Origin: Dimorphilus gyrociliatus | Taxonomy: Eukaryota; Animalia; Annelida | Assembly: GCA_904063045.1 (NCBI GenBank) | Contig: CAJFCJ010000001.1 | Span: forward strand, 2,294,001 to 2,358,000 | DNA: 64,000 bases | Direction of reading: 5' to 3' | Part shown: piece by piece, positions 10,788-23,162 of the stretch | Position numbering within the stretch: the first letter of the stretch is position 1 | Layout: each line of letters begins with the position of its first letter | The notes under the pieces: generated by a model | The model's database searches: none | Told to the model about the DNA's origin: nothing | Seen by the model: only the letters and a program-made list of their open reading frames with translations | Made by a program: the position numbers and the translations under genes

Positions 10788-13700
10788 ATGAGCGAAATTA
10801 ATCCTAAGAATTTAAAAGTAGCTGAGCTAAGAGATGAACTTAAAGCTCGTGGTTTACAAACTGTAGGAAAGAAAGATGTGCTAGTAAAACGCTTAGAAGC
10901 TGCTCTTGCTGGAGAAGAGCCGCCTCCTCAGAGTAAGTTTACACAGTAGTTTAAGGCTACTCTAATTTTTGCATTATTTTCAAGCTACTAGCGACTTAGA
11001 CGCAAGTCAAACTGAAGAGGAGACGAGTCTCAGTGAGGAAAAGGCTACCGAAGATTCAAAATGTCCTGAACCAGAAACTAAAGATATACCTGAACAAGAA
11101 TCTGAAAAAGTAGAGGCAGATCAAAGCGGAGATAACACAAAATCAGAAAGTGTACCTGAAGAAGAAGAAGCACCCCAGGCACCAGAACCAGAGCCTGAAG
11201 TTCAAGTTGTTAAAATTTTATGCTTTTGTTTATTAATCCAATCTTGTTAACTGCAAGTTGCAAAATAAGTAATGATTTTTACCTTTAAACAGCCTGAGCC
11301 TGAAGTAACTGAACAAAATGGAGAAGACCATATGGAAACAAATGAAGTTGATGACAAGCCAGAAGACGAAAAGGAAGAAAAGGATGAAGATCAACCTGAA
11401 GATGATCAGAACAAAAACGAAGGTAATGACGAGATTGCTGAATTTCAAGTTATGGATCAAGTTGGAGAAGACGATGCTACTGAGGTTGATCAACATAAAA
11501 GAGGAGAAAAAAGAAAACGATCTAGGTCTAGATCAAGATCCAGGGAAAAACATAGGTATTTAAAATGAAGTTAGCTTAATAAAATTTGAAATTTAATTCA
11601 AACATTTAGGGATCGACATCATCGAAGATCTCCAACGCCAAAAGTTGAAATGGAATCTGACGAGTGGCTACAAGCCGAGAACTGTCAGTTAGATAGATAT
11701 AATTGCGATTTGAACATTCGGATAAGCGAAAATGGGTTACGAGGAACTCCAATATCCGTTGAAGGTTTTGCACTTATGTGGGCTGGTGTTAGGGGAACAT
11801 ATGGGGTTAATAAAGGCAAAATTTGCTATCAAGTCAAAATTCTGGATAATCTGGATGTTAAGCACATAACTGATGAAGAAAACAAGCATATCGTTAGAGT
11901 TGGTTGGTCGACTGATTCATGTTCTCTACAATTGGGCGAAGAAGAGGCATCTTATGGTTATGATGGAACAGCTAAGAAATGCGAAGATTGTAAATTTCAT
12001 GATTTTGGTCATAATTTTGGCAAGGATGATGTCATCACTACATATATTGACTTTGATGTGTCACCACCAACGATTTCATATGCCAAGAATGGCGATGATT
12101 TAGGAATAGCCTTTGAGGTGGACGCAAAAATACTAGAAAAGGAGTCTTTCTTTCCTCACATTCTGTCAAAAAATTGTGAATTTGAAGTTAATTTTGGTGA
12201 AATTGACGATCCTTGGTTTCCTGTTAAAGAAGGCTTTACGTTAATAACCAAATTGGATAGAGAAAATCTTGTTAGAGGCTCACTGCCGCCGGAAAATAAA
12301 GAAAATTGCGAAATGATGATGATGTGTGGCTTACCCGGTTCAGGAAAAACAGTCTGGGCAAAAAATTATGCGTCCGAGAACAAAGATAAAAAATATAATT
12401 TACTCGGTACTCATACAATAATAGATAAAATGAAAGTCATGGGACTTTCAAGGAAACAAAATTACACTGGTCGATGGGATACTTTAATAGACAAGTCAAC
12501 AAAATGCTTGAACAGATTATTGGAAATTGCCGCTAGAAAAAAGAGGAACTACATTCTTGATCAGGTATGATTTTCGTAGCTTAATAGGTTAAGTTTTGTG
12601 TTTTTTTTTTAAAATCGAAATGGACAAGGTAAGAGTAGGATTTATTTTGGGTATAATTTTGTTATACTTATATATTCAGAATGATAAAATTTAAGACTAA
12701 CAGCAATTTAATTTCTGTACAATCGTTCATATAAGTATAACGAGATTTTGCATAACGGGAGGGATATAATATCAATTGCTGAGGTGGGGCGTTGTATGAG
12801 TGAGAAAAGGTGAGTGTTTCTTTCTGCAAAATAAGCAATGAGATTGTTTTCGGCGATAGCTGTTTTCGATTTACTGATTGTAACGGATTTCCTAGATATC
12901 CTTATGCATTCACGCACGCACATATTTATCAAGCCCTCTCTCTACTTCTAAAGTACGAGTTTATGAATAGACGATGGAATGATATTATATCTAACCGCCC
13001 TTGAAAGGCATTCGTTTCAGCCTATGTCTAATGAAGATAAACAAACAGATATTTGACAAGACAAGATCATCAAGTCAAGCATGCTATTAATAATGACATA
13101 TTTCAAGCCAGTAGTTACAGATGGATTGACAAACGAATATGGATTGGAGGACTGTTATTACAATCTTGATATTAATTACGGAGTCATTGGATAATGGACC
13201 TAGTGGTAACGATATTAAAAGACATGTAAAACATTAAAATTTTTTTTATTGACGCCGAGAAATTTGCATTCATAAACACATACACAAAGGATATCTGAGA
13301 TATTTCGTTGTAGCAATTGGTTGAATTGCAAACTGTCTAAATCCGAAAACTGAAGAGAGAGGGTTTATAGCTCGCGAAGCGCCACGACACGTTTTTGGCC
13401 TATAAAAATCGAGCCTAGAACTCAAGACAAACAAACACACGCGTTGTTCGACCAAATCCAGTCAAACTAAATTTGTTGCACAAAACCTCCTTAATAGACG
13501 AATGTATACGCGTCGGCTCGTAAGCGCAAAATGAGGCCTTTCGAAGGATTTCAACGTAAAGCGATTGTGGTTGTTCCAACTGATGAGGATTTTAAGAGTC
13601 GTTGCGAAAAACGCGATAAGGAGGAGAATAAAGAGATACCAGATTCGGCAGTTTTAGAGATGAAAGGTATGTGCTGCGAATGAATACATTGATGAAAATG

Positions 13701-14533
13701 AGAATGAGTGCTTGTTTTTTTCTGGTGGCGGTGTAATTTGCAATTCAACAAAAGGGTTATTTAAATATAAAAATTTTTTCAGCCAATTTCAGTCTGCCAC
13801 AAGATGGCGATTTATTTGAAGAAATTCAATTCGTGGAATTAAATAGAGAAGACGCTCAAAAGTTAATCGACAGGTATAACAAAGAAGCCAAGAGTCAACT
13901 ACCGCCTCCTGATAGTAGACGCTTTAGATCCCGTGACAATAGACGCGACAACCGATCTGGTAATTTATTTTAATATGTGTCATTAATTATTGCTGACATT
14001 GTTTGTTCTCGAATTCCAGGAAGAGATCGTCGTGATTATAATAGAAGAGACTTCAATCGTCAGAATAGAGATCGTTATAGAAATTTCGATAGAAGAGGTA
14101 GAGATGATAGACGAGGAGGTAATTAATTGTTAACTTTTGTTGATTTTGCTTGACCTGCAAATTGTTAATGTCAACAGGCTATCGAGGAGGAGGTGGTTAC
14201 GGTGGTGGCGGAGGAGGTCGTGGTGGTTGGGGATCTCAAGGAGGATGGGGAGGAGGCGGAGGTGGTGGCAGCGGCGGAGGTAGTGGAGGCTGGCAAAGCG
14301 GAGGCTATGGAGGAGGTTCTCATTGGGGTGGGGGAGGTCCACAACCTGGAAACTGGGGAAACCAATGGGGTCCTAACCCTCAGGGCAGCTGGAGTCACCA
14401 AGGAGGAAATTGGGGTAGCAGCGGCGGTAGTGGAGGCGGCGGTGGAGGAGGAGGCCAATGGAATCAAGGTGGATGGAACCAGGGTAGAGGAGGCTGGAGC
14501 GGCCAAGGCAACTGGCGCGACGGTCGCCGTTAA
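10788..14533 (+). CDS. HNRNPU: Heterogeneous nuclear ribonucleoprotein U / U-like (SAP-SPRY-AAA-RGG); exons 10788-10932, 10985-~11200, 11293-11555, 11610-12564, 13498-13666, 13783-13959, 14020-14118, 14178-14533
   Basis: SAP domain [15 protein letters not shown]; SPRY domain ([15 protein letters not shown]); P-loop [11 protein letters not shown]; RNYILDQ|TNVY spliced across the long intron; Gly/Trp/Gln-rich RGG-type tail. The donor of exon 2 is uncertain. Confidence 0.92.
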
Positions 14534-15267
14534 ACGCTTGTCGGACAATTTGTTTCGTTTTTGTACGCGTTTGAGCTGAGAGGCTTATATTTTTTATTAT
14601 ACTGTTGTGACCCCTGTACATACTTAGGTCTCTGCATGCCTTTGATTTAGTTATATATATATATATATAGTCCGTCTAGGAGTGAGTAAATATGGAAAGT
14701 GAAGAAAGGAAACAAACTGGAATGTTTTAAAGGAAGTTTTTAGTGCATATTACGTGTTTCTATACAAAATATAGCGTTTTATATTATCTGTAGCCGAAAC
14801 CAGCTGGAGGTGAAACATGCACAATTAGTTGTGTTATTTCTTCATTTTCGTTACTTATTCTTTGACTTTGATTTTGATGTATGTTTGCTTTTTTTCAACA
14901 AGATGTCTTGTTTAAATTAACATTAGGAACAGATCTCAAACGCCAGTTTGTCAGTTCATAAAAAATTTCCCTTCCATTGATAGGGAATTATTTATCAAGT
15001 TATACAAAAGTATCATATACTTTGTATATATATATATATCAATTGAGAGAGAGAGAGAGAGCTAAAAATAACTAACTACTTTTTTGATTGTTTCCAAGTC
15101 AAAGTCTAGTAGTAAAGGAAAATTTTGTGTTATTTTCTCATTGAGAATATATAACAGTAAATATTACCTTATGAGGATTTCAATATATTAACTCTTAACA
15201 AAATTTTTGATAAAAGATTAAATTTATTAAACGAGAATGTTAATTTTTATGATATTTAAACTCTGTC

Positions 15268-15555
15268 CTACTTGATTCTTGAACCACTCCAATTGTTCGA
15301 ATTATCACTAACCGTGTAGAAGAATCTTTCGGAACATTTGTCCGGACCGTAGTCGATTAAAACTCTCCTAGTTCTGTTACATTCCTCGCAACATGTTTTC
15401 ATATCGTACTTTCTTCGACCATAGGTTTGAACGCAATCGAAACATCCGAGTACGCAAGTCCACTCTGCTTTATCAGGACTGCAAAAATGCTGCTCTGCTG
15501 TAGCGAATAAAAGAAAGAGCAAGAAGCAGCATACAATGACTGTTCGAACATTCAT
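15268..15555 (-). CDS. Secreted cysteine-rich peptide, eclosion-hormone-like
   Basis: A hydrophobic signal peptide (about residues 1-20) is followed by C-x3-C-x2-C-x13-C-x3-C-x14-C, close to the eclosion hormone spacing, plus two extra Cys. Confidence 0.7.
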   Translation of the reverse strand: MNVRTVIVCCFLLFLLFATAEQHFCSPDKAEWTCVLGCFDCVQTYGRRKYDMKTCCEECNRTRRVLIDYGPDKCSERFFYTVSDNSNNWSGSRIK

Positions 15556-17195
15556 AGTTGAATGAAGTCACTTAGGGGCGTCTCCAACGACTTTTACTTA
15601 GGCTCATTTCAAATTCTCCTTTTAAGAACTTTTTCTCTGAGGAAAATTAGTTTTAGGCCTAATATGGAAGATATTTTTATAAAAGATAATTGAAATTTAA
15701 CCATAAAAAAGACTTTTTAGCTTTAATAATAAACCAATTTACTACATTTGATATATCGTTGATCGAAGTGCCCCTTTACCTGCATTTAAAGCATGAAAAA
15801 ACAGGTTTTTATTTCAGCATTTAAAAGTCAGCAGCAGCTAGTTGAAATAATGCTTATGGGATACTTAAGAAAGTTATTAATTTTCTCATTATCCCCATAG
15901 AAATTAAAAAAAAGTGTACTCAGCTCGTGGTGCCCCCTCTATGGCATTTATAAACTGTTTAGTATCATCGTCCACCTATCGTCAACAATTATAAACGAAA
16001 AGGAAAAAAAATTGGTTTAAAATTCTCTTTTAGGAAGCTAATGCCTTTTTTTTTATTTTCAATAACCAGAAGTATTTTTTATAGTAGTAACGATTCCCTC
16101 AAAAGCATCTTCGTATACTGATATAATACAATCTAAATGTTCTTGCAATGTGAAACTCAACAAGTTCTCAAGTTTTATTAAAAACTTTAATGCGCCTTTT
16201 AACATTTTTGTTAAGAAACATAAAATTTATTTATTTACTTTTAATTGTAAAAGAAATGATATTATTTCTATAAATTCCTCTGGCAAAGCTTATTTTATTG
16301 CACAAAGAAAGGTATTGAAAGGGGAATAGATAGATGGATAGATAGATAGAGAGAAAGAGAGAGTGAGAGAGAGAGAGAGAGAGAGAAAGTTTGGGTAGCA
16401 AACAGCAAAAAAGAAAGAACTATACAGTATGATATAATTACAAAAAATGGTTTGTTTTTTTTTAAATCGTCTTATTTTCTTATTTAGGTTTTATTCCGTT
16501 ATTCTTGTTTTTGTTTAGGCAGTTTATTCGCGTTTGAGACATAATGAAAATATAAGATTCCAAACTTTTTTCCTTTTCCCACCCATTCTCTACCTCCTAA
16601 GCTACTTTACACAATAGCCTAAGCACCCTAATAGCTCTAATTAGGAGCTACATATACAATTTTAGCGTGTCCATTAGTCACGTAATAGGCCTAGCCATTA
16701 AGTAGTCTCTTCTCATATCCAACCACCCTTTAGTATAAAAGTCCCTTTAATAAGGTAATATGAAAGAAATAAATTTATGAAACTTAATAATAATTAATAC
16801 TGTTATTGTAGAACATAAAGAATTGCTTTAGAGGCAAGAGAAGAAGTCTCTTAGGAAGGTTGATTGTTTGTTACAAACACTTCAAATAAATCCATTTACT
16901 ATCATATAAAATACTCAATCTTACGGATTTTACGGTTTACAATTCAATTACGCAATATTTAAAAGTTGGTTTTTATTATTTCATAGGCCAACATTAGTGG
17001 TTCTGTGGTGTTAGAACGTTTTGGCTGCAGATGCTTCTGTAAAATCTCTATACACAGATTTGCTGGATATGCTTAGGCAAACAGTTGAACTAAGTTGAAC
17101 TAGTAAGAGGATTCGAAAAGCGAGATTGTTTAAATGAAAACAGGAAAAGAGGAATAAAAAAGGAAAAAGTTCGATATATACATATATATATACTG

Positions 17196-17241
<46 letters not shown>

Positions 17242-17312
17242 TCAGGGAGGGAGAGAGAGCAACAGCGCCGTTAACTATAGACGCAAAGTAGACGCAGCAG
17301 CGTCATTCTACC

Positions 17313-19235
17313 ATGAAGATTCAAGTTTCTCTCGTTATTTCTTTAGTCTACTTTCTTAGGACTACTATGGAATGCCGGGTAGAATCCATAAAGGTGAGTT
17401 GGTCGTTATAATTAAAGTCTTCATTTCTTGTTCAGTTAATCAAGATATTAAATAATAATCAATAAAATACGTTTACAAATTTCCCTGTGTTTTTTTCGTT
17501 GTTGATAAAAGAACAAGGGCATATTGCCTAGGTAGGCCTTTGCGTTTCAAATCATACAACAAAGTCCGACGTTACCTTTGTTGTAACGCGTTTACACACG
17601 CGATGTTCCATACGTTTAGAAGTAAAAAACGTCGGTTTTTTTTTAAATTATGTCCTTAACGTTGATTGATAGTTAATTTTACAAGGTAGAGCGTTCTTGA
17701 TCGTACGATAGTAATAAGATATAGAATATTTTAGTTATTTCAAATATTAAATAAGACGAATGGGAGATGTTATTTTTTTTACATGAATAACAGAACAAAT
17801 ATATATATATATATAATTTATTAAAGAAAGTATTGAGATAGAAAAGGAAAGGATGAAAGATGGAGATGATACACAGATAAATATGTTAAAAAAAGCTTAC
17901 AGTGAAAAGAATTTTAACCAAAATACGATTAAATATTATATGTAATTCTTTGAAACCATTATTTATTTATATATTTCGGACAAAAAGAACTTATTTCTCA
18001 ATTAATCATATTTTTTATTTTTAATCCTAAACTTCTCTTTCGCTCTCTCTCTCTCTCTCTTACTCTGTCTCGCATGGTACTTTGTGACTTTTTTAAGTAC
18101 CTTTATTTTATTAAAATTTCTTTTTTTAGCCTTATTAATGTTGTAGTATCAAGCTATATATCAACCTTCTTTTTGACGCCTAAGTTTATAATATTACACC
18201 TAATATACAATTTAAAAATATAACAAATTAAAAAATAAGAGACGCCTGTTTATAAAGAACAGAGAAACGCCTATCTGGTTTTCTTTCTCTTTTTTATGTA
18301 GCTATACTTTGTTCTGTATTGTTAGTCCTCTTTATAACCAATAAAGTCTGCCACAAAAAGATAAGAATTGCTAAAAAATAAGATTAAGATAATAAATATT
18401 GTTTTTTTGCATAAAAACAATATTTATAAGTAAATAGAATTTATTGATGTTATATTAATATATATTTATATATATATTAATATATAAAGAAGGTAAACTA
18501 CTTAATCTGTTAGAATTTTTTTTGCAAAGGTGTAACCATAGCGATCTAACCAATTTCTGGATTTAACTAAAACGATTAGGTATTAGCATGGGCATTTATC
18601 TGGCAGAATAAAATGAGGTTCATAAAAAAAAGTAGAGAAAAGATAACAGAGAAATGAGAGAGAGAGAGAGAGAGAGGAGAGGGAGAAAGACAAAGAAGAC
18701 CAAAGGAAGGAGACAGGAAGAGCAGAAGATTTATATTTGAATTATTTTAAAATAAAAGAATAAAAAGCACAGAAAACTAAATAAAATAAATTGTGTCTGT
18801 AATAATAAAAAATGGGAAAATACGCTGCCCTAGACATTTAAAAATACTCTATGCCTTTTCAAATTCTTTCAAGATAAATCTTTCTCTCTCTCCCTTTCGT
18901 TCCATTCTTTACTCTTTCTCTCTTGTATTCATTCTCTATAACGTTTTATTTTCATTTGAAAGGTTTTTAATTCGTTTATTTCATCTTTGATTAAAGGAAA
19001 ATAGTATCATTTATTGATTTTTCTTTAAACTCTCATTTATATGATTTAATTCTTAATAAGAATTAATTGATTAAGTTTTTATTAGGAGAGTTTAGTATAG
19101 CAAAGAGTTTTTCATCTTAATCAAAAAATAACATTGTCTAGATTGTAAAAGAACGAATCTTTTTACGTAAAAATTTATAATTGAGGGCGTAATGGTTTAG
19201 AAAAAATAAATAACACGGGAAAATTCATAAAGAAC

Positions 19236-19267
<32 letters not shown>

Positions 19268-22065
19268 CGGGGAAGTGGGAGGGATGAAGAGATTTTGTCA
19301 ATGATTAAATAGACTTTTATAAAAAAATTGACATATCGTAAATACTGTATAATATATATTAAACAATTGCAATAAACCAACTTATTAGCTTAGTTAATAA
19401 CTTTGTTATATATTTTTTAAGTAGGTTGAATGAAAAATAAACTATAGAGATGATTATGTAATGACTTTTAACTGTGGATCCTATTTTGTTTTTACGCAAT
19501 AGGATATTTCTTTATTTCGTGTAAAGAAGATCGCTATTTAATTATAGATAAAGGTAAAATCTATGTCCAAAAGAATAGTCGATATTCGTTGTAAAAAATT
19601 AAATAGTATATAAAAGAAAAGACTAGGAAGAGTATCATGGAATTAAATTATGTGATTCTGTAATAAAAATAAGCATGGGAATTGTGTGGAACACCGGAAG
19701 CCGCTTATAGAAATCACATTGGGAATTAAATATTGATCACAATAACTAAATTGTCATAAAAAGAGGCCTCTGTTGAGTTTTAAGAGAAATGACTATTAAT
19801 TTATTAAATATTTCTTTCTAATCACTTTTTCCACCAGATCAAGCGATCAAATGAATTATTCATCATTTGTTAGAGTTTCTAGGAATAATTATCCAATTAC
19901 ATCTCTATAATCCATACCAAGGATTCCCTCTCTTTCCATCATTCTTCTATCTTGATTATAGTAGATTACAATAGTAATCAGAATATAAAAATGATAAACT
20001 TTTTTTCATAAATATCGTGAGTTTTATAATAAAATAATCATTATCTACCTTTTATACAACACCCACATCGGTTTTAGAATGGCTGGGCTGGGTATTGCAT
20101 AATTAAATAAAATGTGTCTGGTGAACTTTCATACAAGATAAAAAAGGTAGACGGGATTTGTTTTAGCCTTAAAAGTTTACATTGATAAATCAAAATGACG
20201 AGAATAACTAACTCTCGTCGGATAGACAACGCTTAAGCTTAGCTTCTTTCGTTTCTCTCTGTCTCGATCTTCATCTCTTACTCAAACTATCCTTTTGCTT
20301 CATCCCTATATCTTTCTCTATTCCTCCCTCTCTCTTTTTTTTGCCATTGACTTAGAATATCAATTCCGACGAGAGGATTCCAATTCAATAGAAGAAAAAA
20401 GAAGCATTTCTAATAAGAATACTAATTAGGTAACCTTCTGAAAAGTAGAAAGAGGGTAGTAGGCCTAGTTTCAGAAGTAATATATATATAATAATCTTAC
20501 GTCTATCTCTGTTTGATTTATTCAATGCATAGTTCTATAGACAAACTAGAAGTAAGAAGGCGAATATCTATTCAATTTGTAGTGGTGTGTGAAGATAAAC
20601 CTTGGTGAATATTTATTAAGGTTTTATCAGGGATTTGGTAGGAAGGTTGTGGGTTAGTAGCAAAGACTTCGTAATTGATAGGACCACCTATCCTTCTCTC
20701 CAGACATTGCTATTTTTTTGAGTTAAACATCACTCAATAAGGAGAAAAACCTATACAGCTTCGATGCATAAATGAATCTCTTCATTAAGGTAATGAATAT
20801 TCATAAACACAAACCAGGATATTCCAAACTTGATACTCTATTCACAAACAGATTCACTTAGATACTTATTAAGAAAATACTTAATTAGATTTGATTTTTT
20901 TTACCATGGCCAAAAAGAAGGTCAGAAGTTTGCTTTGACTGTTTCCCCCAGAGGATTAAAATGAGAGGGCTACCAAATCAAATATAGATGTTGATTTTTA
21001 ACCCTTAGAAAAATGATATTGCAAATTATTAACTTACGAAAATAGCTTAAAATAATAAATTTAATAGAATAGAATAAAGTTTTTATACTAAAATATAATT
21101 AAACGAACAAAGCATTACGCGACTATAAAATATGTAGAATGTTGTATATCTTATAAACAATGTATAAATAGTTCTTCTTTGTTTCAGATAGAAAAAGCCC
21201 GCCTTCCCAAACTATCGAAATTAGTGGAAAAGAGACGAGTGAGATCAAGATTCGATTTTCTTCAGATATTCTTTACTGATAGGGAAATAGAAAATATACA
21301 GAATAGTTGGACGAATGAGGAGATTGAAGACATTAGAATGTGGAATGTATATGATAACATGAAAAAACATTGCAGAAAGCCCGTTCCAACTCTAATCAAA
21401 ACGAATAAATTGATAAAAACTAGAGAACATATAGGAAAAGAGGCCTTTCCTCAGTATATCATCCTTCAAAGATGTCACTATAACCAATCAGAAGCTTGCT
21501 GTAAAAAAGGCCAATTCTTGGTGCCAGTAAAAACCAATACAATCACTAAACGCTTCATGGTTTGTCACCTAGTTTATTTTTTTTTTTAAGAGAGAAACTT
21601 TATAAAAGCTGCGTAATTCGTCAGATGATTTAGAAGAAAATTAGCAATTTTCTCGGCGAATACGCATAGCTTTAGACATTTCTCTCTTTTCCTTTTCTCT
21701 TTAAAACGTACCTTTGTCTTGAAATTTGGGTTAATAAATATGTTATTTTTTTCAAAATTCACTACAGTTAGTGCAGTTTAAAGTCAAGGTAAACGGAACA
21801 ATGCCCTTTTTTACGCAAGACTCGGTAAAGAAGATCCAATACCGTAGATTTCAATTAACTGACGAAATAAGCTGTCGATGCTCGAAAAAGTAACGCTTTT
21901 TCCTCTTAATATCTTTATTTTAGTTATATATGAATTTTAAGCGAAATATCTATACGCTTTTTATAATTATTACCTGTTTTAATTATTTCCAGAGGAAGAA
22001 ATCGAACTATGAACCGTCAGAGGAAACGCTGCAGGAAAAAGTCTAATGGACGTATAACTTGCTAA
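17313..22065 (+). CDS. PDGF/VEGF-related factor (PVF-like), ~215 aa; exons 17313-17393, 21188-21559, 21768-21889, 21993-22065
   Basis: A signal-peptide exon ends AAG|GTGAGT. The domain shows CRKPVPTL...FPQYIILQRC...ACC...VP...SCRC. There is a furin-like KRRVRSR site and a basic tail. All splice phases (0,0,2) match. Confidence 0.75.
19239..19266. repeat. (GA)n microsatellite in PVF intron 1
   Basis: Direct AG/GA run. Similar runs occur near 16360, 17220, 18660, 37820, 41230 and 43380. Confidence 0.9.
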
Positions 22066-23162
22066 AATAACACCGATAAAATGGATACTTATAAAGATAA
22101 AGATATAAATAACAATATTACTAATACGTATATAATAAGAAGAATAAAAAAGATGATAATGGAGTTTTCTTTCTATTTCATTATCATTTGTAGTCTTCTT
22201 TGTCTTCCTCTCTCTTAGAAAGAAAAATGGAAGGAAAGTTATTTTTCCGGACAAGAGATTTGGAAAAACAAATAGACAAGTACTTGATCAATTGAATCTT
22301 ATTTTTTATGTATTGTATATACAGTAGAATCTCAATATACAGTATATATATATATATATTTGTTAGTCTATTTAATCTAAAATATTAAAATATTGAATAT
22401 TTATTAAGTAAATACTCTTTCTGATACGAATAAATTGGTCTATGGATTGTAAATTATTGTTTGTGATATTATTGTTTTCAGCTGTTGAAACACTAATTGT
22501 GTAATTTAAATGTTTGAAATTGTAACCGACAGATGGAGTTTCTTCTTACTTGATATCAACATATTTTTGTTGGAATAGTATTCATCAATGGTAAACATTT
22601 CGACTAACCAATTGATAATTAGTTATAGTTTCAATAATAAAAAAGACAGTATTTAGTTAGTAATGTAATTTTGTTTGTTAATAGAAGGGAATAAACTGTT
22701 CCCCGTTCCCTCCCCCTCAATCATTATCTGCCATCTATCGTTTAATAGTAATTGTTAACTTTGTGAAAATGTGAATATTGGAAATGGTTTATAAATAAAC
22801 AGGTAAAGAATGAAGATAATTTATAAGTTAACTGTTATAAATATACAGTATATATAGATTTATCAATTCGTGTGCATTGTATTGTTATTATTTTATAAAT
22901 TGTAACCAAGAGATTAAATAACTTAACAAAAAATTCAGCCTAACCATTTTATCACATCATGAACATTTGAAAGTGAACATTATTCTTTTTTTTTTTATCA
23001 TTTCTTATTAATTGAGTTAGAAAATATGACTAGGTAGATAATACAGATGTTTATCTATTATTGTTTTGTTGCTGCTGTTGTTGAAGCAATTTCTTTTTTT
23101 GTATAGAAAAAGGGATGGAAGAGGTGAGAAAAAAAAAACAAATAAATAAATAAATGCACAAA

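Noticed and set aside
14130-14621. Overlapping ORFs of 70-128 aa in other frames and on the other strand
   Set aside because: These are by-products of the stop-poor GGW/GGA repeats of the hnRNP U tail.
22872-22890. GTGCATTGTA resembling the start of miR-33
   Set aside because: The match stops after 10 nt and there is no precursor hairpin.
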